Origin: an uncultured Deinococcaceae bacterium
GTDB taxonomy: Bacteria; Deinococcota; Deinococci; Deinococcales; Deinococcaceae
Assembly: GCA_964252075.1 (NCBI GenBank)
Contig: CAXULY010000002.1
Location: 128,001 to 192,000, forward strand
Reading direction: 5' to 3'
Length of the DNA stretch: 64,000 nucleotides
Positions 53,664-62,753 of this stretch are shown piece by piece (position 1 is the first letter of the stretch; each line of letters opens with the position of its first letter). Below the pieces are notes generated by a model. That model made no database searches and was not told the origin of the DNA. It worked only from the letters and a program-made list of their open reading frames with translations. Made by a program: the position numbers and the translations under genes.

Positions 53664-53974
53664 CGTTCGGCCTCCAGTCGGTGGGCGGACGCGCCGAAGG
53701 CGCTCTGCTGGTCGCGCACGTCCAGCAGGGTGAGGTCGAGGTCGCTGAGGACCATCTGCACCTGCCGCGCGCGCTCCGGGCCGTCCCCCGTGAGGACCTT
53801 GAGCGACTCACGGAAGGCCTCCATGCGGAAGTCATGCGGGGCGTTCGGGTGGGCGGAGCGCTCGAAGCGGTCGAGGAACGCCGCGAGGGCGAGCACCTGC
53901 GCGCGGTGCTCCATGAAGGTTTCGTCGAGGATTTGCTGCTGACTCAGCGGGCAGGTGCGGGCGTAAGGGTCCAT
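53660..53974 (-). CDS. 104-aa helical hypothetical protein within the ebo operon
   Basis: AGAGGAG RBS; overlaps eboD by 31 nt and the eboB start (GTGA); host-like codons. Confidence 0.75.
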   Translation of the reverse strand: MDPYARTCPLSQQQILDETFMEHRAQVLALAAFLDRFERSAHPNAPHDFRMEAFRESLKVLTGDGPERARQVQMVLSDLDLTLLDVRDQQSAFGASAHRLEAER

Positions 53975-55149
53975 GTCGCTCCTCTGGGGGTGGGGTTCAG
54001 GGTGGCGTGCTGCGCCAGCCAGCGCACACAGCGCGCGAGCAGCGCGAGGTCCATCTCGTGCACCTCAAGGCCGCGCCCGATGCCGCCGAGCAGCATCACG
54101 GTGAGCTGGCCGCCCAGGTGCTCGCGGAATTCCTCTAGGCCGTGCAGCAGGCTGCGCGGGTCCTCGGGCGTGTCCAGCGCGTCCAGCATGCGCGGGTGGA
54201 ACACCACGAGGCCCAGCGCGCCGAACAGGGACAGGATGCGCGCCCAGTCCGCGCGCGGGAGGTGCCCAGCGAGGTGCGCGTAGGTGCTGTCCAGCGCGAT
54301 GCCCATCGCCACGGCCTCGCCGTGCCGCAGGGCGTACCCGGTGAGGGACTCCAGCTTGTGCGCCGCCCAGTGCCCGAAATCCAGGGGGCGCGAGGAGCCC
54401 TGCTCGAAGGCGTCGCCACTCCCCGCGATGTGCCCCAGGTGCAGCTGCGCGCAGCGGTACACGGCGTGCTCCATCGCGGCGAGGTCGCGGGCGCGCAGGG
54501 CGGGCGCGCTGTCCTCCAAGAAGGTGAAGAACGCGCGGTCCTTGAGGAGCGCGACCTTCACGGCCTCCGACAGGCCGCCCAGCCAGTCCCGGTCCTCCAG
54601 CGTGGTGAGGAGCTGCAGGTCGTTCAGGACGGCGGCGGGCGGCGCAAAGGTGCCCAGCCAGTTCTTCTTGCCGTGCGCGTTCACGCTGTTCTTCACGCCG
54701 ACGGCGCTGTCGTTCTGCGAGAGCACCGTGCTGGGCACGCGGATGAGGCGCACGCCGCGGTGCGCGGTCGCGGCGGCGTACCCCACCATGTCGATGAGCG
54801 CGCCGCCCCCCACCGCCACCACGTAGGAGTGCCGGTCGATGCCGTGGTCGTCGATGGCCTGCTGCACCCGCATCACGAAGGCCGGGTCCTGCTTCACGGC
54901 CTCGCCGCCCGGCAGCACCATGGGGGCCGAGACGAGCGCGAGGTCGTGGTGCGCGCAGTACGCCTCCAGCTCGGCCGTGAGGTGCGGGTGGTGGCGCGCC
55001 ACGCCGTCATCCACCACGGCCAGCAGCTTGCGCGCGCCGCCCTGCACGGCGTCCCGGAAGCTGGGGTTGTCGGGCGTAAAGAGCCGGGAGGTGAACACCA
55101 CGGGGTAACGGAAGCGCACCTCGAACTGCTGCTCGATGGTGCGCGTCAT
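53944..55149 (-). CDS. eboD: 3-dehydroquinate-synthase-like sugar phosphate cyclase EboD
   Basis: [37 protein letters not shown] and LRHGEAV motifs. Confidence 0.88.
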   Translation of the reverse strand: MTRTIEQQFEVRFRYPVVFTSRLFTPDNPSFRDAVQGGARKLLAVVDDGVARHHPHLTAELEAYCAHHDLALVSAPMVLPGGEAVKQDPAFVMRVQQAIDDHGIDRHSYVVAVGGGALIDMVGYAAATAHRGVRLIRVPSTVLSQNDSAVGVKNSVNAHGKKNWLGTFAPPAAVLNDLQLLTTLEDRDWLGGLSEAVKVALLKDRAFFTFLEDSAPALRARDLAAMEHAVYRCAQLHLGHIAGSGDAFEQGSSRPLDFGHWAAHKLESLTGYALRHGEAVAMGIALDSTYAHLAGHLPRADWARILSLFGALGLVVFHPRMLDALDTPEDPRSLLHGLEEFREHLGGQLTVMLLGGIGRGLEVHEMDLALLARCVRWLAQHATLNPTPRGATWTLTPAPAR

Positions 55150-55301
55150 GGCGTTCGCCCGTCCGGGCGGGTCGACCTCGCGGCGCGGCCGCGGTCGGTG
55201 GGCAGGTGCGTTGCGTTCACCGGGCGAGCGTAGGCACCCGGCAGTCAACGCTTCGCTAATGCGGGGCGCCCCTCGGGCGCTGCGCGGGCGTCAACCGAAC
55301 G

Positions 55302-56192
55302 CTACACGCCGCGGAAGAAGCCGATGAGCTGCGCGTTCACGTCATCCGGCTGCTCGTGGTGCAGCCAGTGGGTGGCCGTCTCGAAGCGCACGAGGCGCGC
55401 GTCGTCGCAGTACGTTAGGCTGTCCTCGGCCAGTTCGGGGATGAGGAAGTGGTCCTGCACGCCCCACAGGATCAGGGTGGGCACCCGCACGCGCAGCGAC
55501 GCGGCGTCCCGGGCGCCGGCGCCCGCGTGGCGCAGGGCGCGGTACCAGTTGATCATGCCGGTGAGCGCGCCCGGCTGCAGCCACGCGTCGCGGTAGGCGT
55601 CCAGTTCGGCGTCGAAGGTGTGCGGCCTGGAGGTGCGGACCAGCGCCTGCGCGAGCGCCCGCGCGCCGCGCTGCCGCAGCAGCCACTCCGGCAGGGCGGG
55701 AACCTGGAAGGCCAGCATGTACCAGCTGCGCCGCCGCTGCGCCGCGCGGCGCGTCAGGGCGAGCTGCATGGCCGCCGGGTGCGGCACGTTCATGATAACG
55801 AGCTGCTGAACGCGCTCGGGGTACTGCAGGGCGAGCGCCCACGCGACCGCCGCGCCCCAGTCGTGCCCGACCACCCGCGCGCGCTGAAGGCCGCGCGCGT
55901 CCAGCAGGCCCAGCACGTCGCGCACCAGTTCCCCCACCTGGTACGCGCACACGCCGCTGGGTTTGGCACTCAGGTTGTACCCGCGCTGGTCCGGCGTGAT
56001 CACCCGGTACCCGGCCGCGGCGAGCGCCGCGATCTGCGCGCGCCACCCGAACCACGCCTCCGGGAAGCCGTGCAGCAGCACCACGGGCGGGCCGTCCGCC
56101 GGTCCGGTCTCCACGACGTGCAGCGCCACACCGTTCACGCCCAGCCAGGTGCGGCGCAGGGGAACGTCGGTGGGCGTGTGGGGGGAGGACAC
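55302..56192 (-). CDS. Alpha/beta hydrolase (epoxide hydrolase-like)
   Basis: HGFPE, GHDWGA (Asp nucleophile), NWYR and HWLHHE motifs. Confidence 0.92.
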   Translation of the reverse strand: MSSPHTPTDVPLRRTWLGVNGVALHVVETGPADGPPVVLLHGFPEAWFGWRAQIAALAAAGYRVITPDQRGYNLSAKPSGVCAYQVGELVRDVLGLLDARGLQRARVVGHDWGAAVAWALALQYPERVQQLVIMNVPHPAAMQLALTRRAAQRRRSWYMLAFQVPALPEWLLRQRGARALAQALVRTSRPHTFDAELDAYRDAWLQPGALTGMINWYRALRHAGAGARDAASLRVRVPTLILWGVQDHFLIPELAEDSLTYCDDARLVRFETATHWLHHEQPDDVNAQLIGFFRGV

Positions 56193-56253
56193 ACGTCACT
56201 GTATGCCCGGGGCGCGTGCGCGGTCTTCACCGATGCTGAAACCGACGGCCCGA

Positions 56254-56330
56254 AATGAAAACGGCGACCTTCCGGCCGCCCTGATTCCTAAAATATAGCG
56301 TGGTATGCACGCCGGGTCAAGGTCATGCAG
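56254..56330 (-). repeat. Promoter plus tiny-hairpin element, copy 2
   Basis: Minus strand TTGACC-17-TATATT, then ATCAG-GGCGGCC-GGAA-GGTCGCC-GTTTTCATT. Confidence 0.75.
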
Positions 56331-56344
56331 TGGGTTCGCCGCGT

Positions 56345-56794
56345 TCAGCCTGGCGTGGCGGGCCGGTTCCCGGCGCGCCGGGTGGGCAGCGCCGCCTCAC
56401 GCCAGAAGCGCAGGAGCGCCTCCAGTTCCGCCGCGAACACCAGCTGATCGTCCGGCTTCAGCAGGTATGCGCTCGCGTGCCCGGCGTACGCGCGGCGCAC
56501 ATCCGCCTCGTTGCGCGACGTGCTGATGATCACCACCGGCACCGCGCGGCGCTCGGCCTCCGCCTTGAGCCGCTTCAGCACGTCCAGGCCGCTCAGGCCC
56601 GGCATGTGCAGGTCCATCAGCACGAGGTCCGGCCACGAGCCGGGCGGCCCCTCGAAGCGCTCCAGGGCCGCCGTGCCGCCCAGCGCGGTGCTGAGCAGGT
56701 ACGGTTCAGGCTGCTCGGCCAGCGCGAGCTCCGCGAGGAGCAGGTCCGCCGGGTCGTCATCAACGACCAGCAGGTGAATGGAGGCGGGTTTCAT
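56345..56794 (-). CDS. Single-domain response regulator (Rcp1-like)
   Basis: VVDDD, MDLHMP, STS and YLLKP motifs. Confidence 0.92.
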   Translation of the reverse strand: MKPASIHLLVVDDDPADLLLAELALAEQPEPYLLSTALGGTAALERFEGPPGSWPDLVLMDLHMPGLSGLDVLKRLKAEAERRAVPVVIISTSRNEADVRRAYAGHASAYLLKPDDQLVFAAELEALLRFWREAALPTRRAGNRPATPG

Positions 56795-56885
56795 CGGTGC
56801 GGTCCGGCGGGTCGCGTGGGCGCCATGGCGTCCCCTTCCTCAGCCTCCCGTGCCGGCCGGACTGACACAGCAGTATAGCGGGCCC

Positions 56886-58112
56886 TCACGCGCCGGGGAG
56901 CAGCACATGAAACGCCGCGCCGCAACCCACCTGACCGTGCGCCCACACGCGCCCACCGTGGCGCTCCACGATGCGCTTGACGTTCAGGAGCCCCATCCCG
57001 ATCCCCTCGAAGTCCTCCTGGCGGTGCAGGCGCGAGAAAGCCGTGAAGAGCCGCGGCGCGTACTTCGGGTCGAAGCCCGCGCCGTTGTCCCGCACGGTGA
57101 TGACCCACGCGTCCCGCTGGCGCGCGCAGCTCAGCTCCACGCGCGCGCACTCGGTGCCCCGCGTGTACTTGGTGGCGTTCGACAGCAGGTTCTCGAACAC
57201 CAGGGTCAGCAGGTCCCGGTCGCCCTGCACGCACGGCAGGTCCTCCATCAGGAACACCACGTCACGGCCCTCACGCCCGTTGGCGAGCGAACCCCACACC
57301 TGCTCCACCAGGGCGTTCAGGTGCACGGGCCCGAAGTCGAGGCGCGCGCTGGAGGTGCGCGACAGCGCCAGCAGCCGCTCGATCATGCGGCTCATGCGGT
57401 CCGCCGCCGCGTCGAGGTGCGCGTGCAAGGTGCGCTCGCGCTCCGTCTGCTGGACGCCGCGCTCGCGGCGCAGCAGGTTCAGGAAGCCCGTCACGTGCCG
57501 CACAGGCGCGCGCAGGTCGTGCGCGAGCGTGGACGCGAACAGGTCCAGCTCGTGGTTCGCGTCCTGCAGGGCCGCCGTGCGCGTCCCCACCGCCGCCTCC
57601 ACCTCGGCGGTCAGGTCCCGCTGGCGTTCCTCCGCGCGCTTGCGGGCGCTGACCTCCTCGTGCACGACGACCGCGTGAGAGGGCAGCGCGCCCCGCCCAG
57701 CGACGGGTGTGACGCGCGCGAGGTACCACGCGCGCCGCTCCGGGCTGTGGCACGGGTACTCCAGGCTGAAGGCCGGGAGGGTGCCGCGCAGCACCCCGCG
57801 CAGGCCCGCCGCCAGGTCCAGCGCTTCCGACGGCACCGCCGGACTGGCCGCGTCACACACCTGGAGGTAATTGGCACCCACGCCGCAGCGGTGCGCCTGC
57901 CCGCCGCCCCGCCCCATGAAGGCCAGCCACGCGGCGTTCACCGCCACGATGGTGCCTTGCGGGTCCACGACGCAGGTGGCGGTGCTGAGGGCGTCCAGAA
58001 GCGCCTGCGGCAGGAGCGCGGGCAGCGGGTCGGATAGGGGCAGGGCGAGGGCGTGGCGCATGGGTGAGGGGCGGGCCTCCGCCCACGTGCCTTCAGGTGT
58101 ATCAGAGCGCAC
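56886..58112 (-). CDS. PAS sensor histidine kinase
   Basis: PAS-like segment (EYPCHSP), LAHDLRAP H-box, NLLSNATKY and DNGAGF; start 58112 or 58061. Confidence 0.88.
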   Translation of the reverse strand: MRSDTPEGTWAEARPSPMRHALALPLSDPLPALLPQALLDALSTATCVVDPQGTIVAVNAAWLAFMGRGGGQAHRCGVGANYLQVCDAASPAVPSEALDLAAGLRGVLRGTLPAFSLEYPCHSPERRAWYLARVTPVAGRGALPSHAVVVHEEVSARKRAEERQRDLTAEVEAAVGTRTAALQDANHELDLFASTLAHDLRAPVRHVTGFLNLLRRERGVQQTERERTLHAHLDAAADRMSRMIERLLALSRTSSARLDFGPVHLNALVEQVWGSLANGREGRDVVFLMEDLPCVQGDRDLLTLVFENLLSNATKYTRGTECARVELSCARQRDAWVITVRDNGAGFDPKYAPRLFTAFSRLHRQEDFEGIGMGLLNVKRIVERHGGRVWAHGQVGCGAAFHVLLPGA

Positions 58113-58383
58113 ACTCGAACGCCAGAACGCAGCAGACCTTCCACCTGAAGCAAAAGTTCATGCTGCCCCCGCGTGGACCGGGAGACGGCCAATCGATCCT
58201 CAAGCCAGGGTGGTGGCGTGGCCTCCGCCTGTCGGGAGCACCAGAAGCCCTGCCGCTCCCTGCAGCCAAGCTGCAACAAAACGGCGCGCGGCCTCAGGGC
58301 GTCCAGCGCCCTTTCAGTGATGAGCTTTGCCTCAAGGAGGCCCACGCGTGCGTGCGGTACGGTGGGGCCACCGGGAGGGCCCC

Positions 58384-59307
58384 ATGACGAAGGCACCGAA
58401 GGAAGCGCGCCGTTACGACCGTAGCGTTGACCCCGCCGAACAGCTCATTGACCGGCAGGCGTGGCTGGACGGCCTCGCTGTGCCCCTCCAGAAGCGCGTC
58501 GGGAAGGTCTTCCAGTCTGGCGGGACCGTCACGAAGCGCATTGAGGACGCCCTGCACGGCGTGCCGATCGGCACGCCCCTCCATCCGATTCTCGTGACCA
58601 TCCCCATCGGGGCGTGGACGGTGGTGGGCGTGCTGGACGCCATGGAGCTCCTGGGTCGCCGGGACGTGCGCGCGGGCGCGGACATCGCGGTGCAGGTGGG
58701 CATCGTGGGCGCCGCGCTGTCGGCCATCACGGGCATCACGGACTGGTACCAGGTCGGGGAGTTCAAGATGAAGCGCCGCGTGGGGCTGGTGCACGGCGCG
58801 CTGAACGGCACGGCGCTCCTCATGTACGTCGCGTCCAGCGTGCTGCGCGCGCGCGGCTCGCGCGCCGCCGCCCGCAACCTGAGCTGGGCGGCCTTTGCGC
58901 TGTCCGGCGCGAGCGCGCACCTCGGCGGGACGCTGGTGTACAAGGAAGGCCAGGGCGTGTCGCACGTCGTGGACGTGCAACCGCCCGAGGACTTCACGCC
59001 CGCGCTCCCGGAGGCGGACCTCCGCGACGGTCAGCCTGCGCGCGGCGTGACGGGCGACGTGCCGGTCGTGGTGGTGCGGCAGGAGGGCGAGGTGCACGCG
59101 CTCGCCGAGCGCTGCGCGCACCTGGGTGGGCCGCTCGCGGAAGGCACCGTGGAGGGCGGGGGCATCCGCTGCCCCTGGCACGGCTCGCGCTTCCGCCTGC
59201 GCGACGGCATGGTGCTGGACGGCCCGTCGGCGCACGCGCAACCGTGCTTCTTCGCGCGCGTGCGCGACGGTCAGGTGGAAGTTCAGCCCGCCCGCACTTG
59301 GGACTGA
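58384..59307 (+). CDS. DUF2231-like membrane domain fused to Rieske 2Fe-2S domain
   Basis: PLHPILVTIPIG; CAHLGG and CPWHGS Rieske ligands; GGGAGG RBS. Confidence 0.9.
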   Translation: MTKAPKEARRYDRSVDPAEQLIDRQAWLDGLAVPLQKRVGKVFQSGGTVTKRIEDALHGVPIGTPLHPILVTIPIGAWTVVGVLDAMELLGRRDVRAGADIAVQVGIVGAALSAITGITDWYQVGEFKMKRRVGLVHGALNGTALLMYVASSVLRARGSRAAARNLSWAAFALSGASAHLGGTLVYKEGQGVSHVVDVQPPEDFTPALPEADLRDGQPARGVTGDVPVVVVRQEGEVHALAERCAHLGGPLAEGTVEGGGIRCPWHGSRFRLRDGMVLDGPSAHAQPCFFARVRDGQVEVQPARTWD

Positions 59308-59389
59308 GCCCCGGCGGCAGTAAAGGCGTGCAAGCCGCGGATGTGCGCCGCGCGGGTCAAGTGTTCAGGGACGGCACCATGCCGGGGGC

Positions 59390-60001
59390 GTGAGCGTAGA
59401 CTCGGGCATGTCCCTGCGCGCGAACTGGCTGACCCTGTCGCGCTTCGCGCTGGGGTTGCTGTTCGCGGTGTGCTTCCGCGTGGGGGACACGCGCGCCCTG
59501 ATCGTGTCCCTCGTGCTGCTGGTCCTGATGGGCCTCAGTGACGTGCTGGACGGGTACATCGCGCGGCGCACGAACAGCGGCAGCCGCGTGGGGGAACTCA
59601 TTGATTCCGTTGCGGACGGCTTCGCGCGCTTCACGGCCTTCATCGTGTTCCTGGACGCGCGCCTGATTCCGGTGTGGATGATCCTGGTGATCTTCTGGCG
59701 GGACCTGATCTCGTGGGCGCTGCGCTTCATGGACCTTGGCGAGGGCCGCGACGAGGTGCACAAGCGCCTGTCCGGCAAGGTGAACGGCGCCGCGCAGAGC
59801 GCCGCCATCGGGGTGACGGTGCTGGCGCTGCTGTGGTCCGCCGTGCGGGGGAGCGGCGCGCCATCCCAGCTGATCGCGGGGGTGACGCTCCTGGGGACGC
59901 TCACGGCGGCGTGGTCGAGTGTGGACCTGCTGTTCGTGTACCGCGCGACCCTGCGGCGCTTCACGGGCGCGCGGCCCGGACGGCGCCCCGCGGACGACTG
60001 A
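59390..60001 (+). CDS. CDP-alcohol phosphatidyltransferase family
   Basis: ANWLTLSR and DVLDGYIARR..G..IDSVAD signature; start 59390 or 59408. Confidence 0.88.
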   Translation: MSVDSGMSLRANWLTLSRFALGLLFAVCFRVGDTRALIVSLVLLVLMGLSDVLDGYIARRTNSGSRVGELIDSVADGFARFTAFIVFLDARLIPVWMILVIFWRDLISWALRFMDLGEGRDEVHKRLSGKVNGAAQSAAIGVTVLALLWSAVRGSGAPSQLIAGVTLLGTLTAAWSSVDLLFVYRATLRRFTGARPGRRPADD

Positions 60002-60183
60002 CCCCCAACCCGGACCTTCCGGCGTTTCTGTTCAAACGGTGAAGGGCGGTTGGGAATTGGGCGCTCCCCCGTCCGTTAAGCTCCAGGCGTCCCAGCGTCA
60101 CCACGGCGCACCGTGACCGCGCTCGCTGCCCGGCTTCACGTCGCGCCACCACCGCATGCCCCTGTTCCTGGAGGTGGTGTTCC

Positions 60184-62160
60184 CTGACCCGTTCAGTCCG
60201 TTCGGTCCCGTCCGTCAAGCGCGCGCTCCTGCCCGCCCTGCTGGGCCTCGCGCTGCTCGCCGGGTGCAACCCGGCGCCCTCGCCCGACCCGACCCCCACG
60301 CCCAGTCCGGCGCCCACGCCAGGACCCGCTCCCACACCCACGCCCGCACCGGCGCCAACCCCCACGCCAGCGCCCGGCCCGACCCCCTCTCCCACTCCGG
60401 CACCGGGGCCGACGCCCTCCCCCACCCCCAACCCGGTGAATCAGCCCGTCACGCTCACGTACCAGAACCCCCTCAGCATCACGAAGGCGGACGGCACGCG
60501 CGTGGAGTCCTGCGCGGACCCGTCCATCATTCAGGCGCGCACGGTCGGCGACACGAACTGGTACCTGTACTGCACCACCGACCCGCACAACAAACAGGAC
60601 CTGAACGGGCAGGGGCAGTTGAACTTTCACCTCATCAGCATCGCGAAGTCGCCGGACCTCGTGAACTGGACGTACGTGGGGGACGCCTTCAGTCAGAAGC
60701 CCAGCTGGGTGAAGGACGACGCGGGCCTGTGGGCGCCCGACATTGAGTTCCTGAACGGCATGTACCACCTGTACTACACCGCGAGCGACACGAAGGCGGG
60801 CGGCAGCGCCATCGGCGTGGCGGTCAGCGAAAGTCCTGCGGGACCGTGGGTGGACAGCGGCGCGCCCGTGGTGGAGCCGCAGGCCCCTCCCGGTGGGGCC
60901 GCCACGGACCGCCGCTGGGTGTACGACCCGGACGTGATCGTCGATCCAGGCGGGCAGCCCTGGATCTATTACGGCAGTTACTTCGGCGGCATTTCCGTGC
61001 GGCGCCTCAGCGCGGACGGGCTCACGAGTGACCCCGGCAGCCAGCAGGAGGTCGCGCTGGACAACCGGTACGAGGGCGCGCAGGTGGTGCGGCACGACGG
61101 CGCGTATTACCTGATGGCGTCCGCCACCAACTGCTGTAACGGCCCGCTGACCGGGTACAGCATCTTCGTGGGCCGCTCGGCGTCCCCCGCGGGGCCGTTC
61201 GTGGACCGCGACGGCGTGTCCCTCATGGACCCCCGCGTGGGCGGCACGCCCGTCATCAGCATGAACGGCAACCGCTTCGTGGGGCCCGGCCACAACGCCG
61301 TGTTCACGGACGCGGGCGGGCAGGACTGGACGGTGTACCACGCCGTGGACGTGAACGACCCGTACATCACGGTGGGCGGCATCAACAGACGCCCGGCGCT
61401 GATGGACCCCCTCGACTGGGTGAACGGCTGGCCGACGGTGCGGGGCGGACAGTGGGCGTCGGACGGCGTGATGCCCGCGCCCGCCGCGCAGGCCGGGCAG
61501 GTGAGCCAGTACGTGCGGCCCGCCCCGCCGCAGGACAACATCGGGCCGGTCCTGACCGCGTACAGCGACGACTTCGGCGCCGCGACCCTCGACCCGCGCT
61601 GGAGCTGGGTGCGCGAGCCGGACCCGGCCGTCGCGGGCCTGGACGCCGGCGCCTTCCGCTTCGACACCCAGGCGGCGGACCTGTACGTGGACAGCAACAA
61701 CGCCTCGGTGCTCACCGAGCAGGCGCCCGAGGGGGACTACGCGGTGGACGTGAAGCTGAACAGCAGCCTGCCGGACGCGGGCTGCTGCCAGAACTACGCG
61801 CAGGGCGGCCTGCTCATTTACGGCGACGATGACAACTTCATCAAGGTGGGCGTGGTGTCCATCTGGAACACCCGGCAGATCGAGTACGCCAAGGAAGTGA
61901 AGGACGTGCCAGCGAACTTTCCGCGTTACGGGAACACCGTGCTGGCCGCGCCGGGGCGCGACACGTGGCTGCGCATCGTGCGGCGCGCGGCGGGCGCGGG
62001 CGAGACGTACACCGGGTACTCCAGCCTGGACGGCGTGCACTGGACGCGGGGCGGCACGTGGACGCATGCGCTCGGGCGGGCGCGCATCGGGCTGTTCTCG
62101 ATGGGCGGGGCGGGCTTCACGAACCGCTTCGACAGCGTGACGGTCTACGGCCTGCAGTGA
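60184..62160 (+). CDS. GH43 glycoside hydrolase lipoprotein with Pro/Thr linker and C-terminal beta-sandwich
   Basis: ADPSI, WAPDI, YDPD, YEGA and GPGHN GH43 motifs; in-frame lipobox LAGC upstream of the 60436 GTG; proposed CTG start at 60184. Confidence 0.82.
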   Translation: MTRSVRSVPSVKRALLPALLGLALLAGCNPAPSPDPTPTPSPAPTPGPAPTPTPAPAPTPTPAPGPTPSPTPAPGPTPSPTPNPVNQPVTLTYQNPLSITKADGTRVESCADPSIIQARTVGDTNWYLYCTTDPHNKQDLNGQGQLNFHLISIAKSPDLVNWTYVGDAFSQKPSWVKDDAGLWAPDIEFLNGMYHLYYTASDTKAGGSAIGVAVSESPAGPWVDSGAPVVEPQAPPGGAATDRRWVYDPDVIVDPGGQPWIYYGSYFGGISVRRLSADGLTSDPGSQQEVALDNRYEGAQVVRHDGAYYLMASATNCCNGPLTGYSIFVGRSASPAGPFVDRDGVSLMDPRVGGTPVISMNGNRFVGPGHNAVFTDAGGQDWTVYHAVDVNDPYITVGGINRRPALMDPLDWVNGWPTVRGGQWASDGVMPAPAAQAGQVSQYVRPAPPQDNIGPVLTAYSDDFGAATLDPRWSWVREPDPAVAGLDAGAFRFDTQAADLYVDSNNASVLTEQAPEGDYAVDVKLNSSLPDAGCCQNYAQGGLLIYGDDDNFIKVGVVSIWNTRQIEYAKEVKDVPANFPRYGNTVLAAPGRDTWLRIVRRAAGAGETYTGYSSLDGVHWTRGGTWTHALGRARIGLFSMGGAGFTNRFDSVTVYGLQ

Positions 62161-62170
62161 GGGCGTGAGG

Positions 62171-62202
62171 AGGGACGGCCCGCGTGCGGGCCGTCCCTTT
62201 TT
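62171..62202 (+). terminator. Rho-independent terminator
   Basis: AGGGACGGCCCGC-gt-GCGGGCCGTCCCT followed by a T run. Confidence 0.8.
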
Positions 62203-62205
62203 GCG

Positions 62206-62703
62206 TCACCAGGTGTCGCCGCCACCGGGTGGGGGCCACGCGCCGAGCATCTGGCGCAGCTGAATGACCTGCCCGAGGTGCACGGCGTTGTGTGTGACGT
62301 GCAGCACCAGCTCGTACCCGAGGGACTCGCCGGGCCGCACGGGGCGTGCGAGGTCCACCTCGAACACGAGGCGCTGGAACTCCTTGACGCCCGCCAGGAA
62401 GTCTGCGCGCAACGCGTCCCAGTCGTCCGGCCCGGTGGGCGGCCAGCCGCCCGCGGCGTGCTCGGGCGGCGTGGGCGCCTCGCCGCGCAGGAGGGCGTGC
62501 GTGAAGTCCTGCCAGAACCGCACGTGCGCGACGATCTCCGCGATGGTGTGCGGCGCACCGTCCACCCGGCGGCAGGCGTCCTGCGCGCTGAGGCCCACGA
62601 GCGCGCGGGTGGGCGGCACGAAGGGGCTCCCCTGGTCCAGCAGGCGGATCAGGGACGCGGGAGGGGGGCCTAGCAGCAGCGGCGCGGTGGTGTCGTCCGG
62701 CAT
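62206..62703 (-). CDS. DinB family protein
   Basis: HTIAEIVAH and HNAVHLGQV..LRQMLG His motifs; TACAAT 6 nt before the ATG. Confidence 0.85.
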   Translation of the reverse strand: MPDDTTAPLLLGPPPASLIRLLDQGSPFVPPTRALVGLSAQDACRRVDGAPHTIAEIVAHVRFWQDFTHALLRGEAPTPPEHAAGGWPPTGPDDWDALRADFLAGVKEFQRLVFEVDLARPVRPGESLGYELVLHVTHNAVHLGQVIQLRQMLGAWPPPGGGDTW

Positions 62704-62753
62704 GCCCGGATTGTACGGGCTGGGGCGGCCCGACGGGACCGCCCCAGCCCGCC

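Noticed and set aside
53944..55149. Housekeeping aroB of the shikimate pathway
   Set aside because: No aroK or aroC neighbours; the context and the DFGHWAAH motif fit EboD better.
59321..59370. Possible third copy of the promoter-hairpin element (CGGGTCAAG)
   Set aside because: Only the TTGACCCG core is shared; there is no -10 at 17 nt, no ATCA-hairpin and no TTTTCATT tail.
60050..60070. TTGGGCGCTCCCC as a CelR-like operator upstream of GH43
   Set aside because: A single imperfect match in GC-rich DNA with no adjacent regulator; too weak to call.
60270..60435. Tandem CCG/ACG/CCC-rich repeats as a CRISPR array or VNTR
   Set aside because: The units are degenerate with no unique spacers; they encode the Pro/Thr linker of the GH43 lipoprotein.
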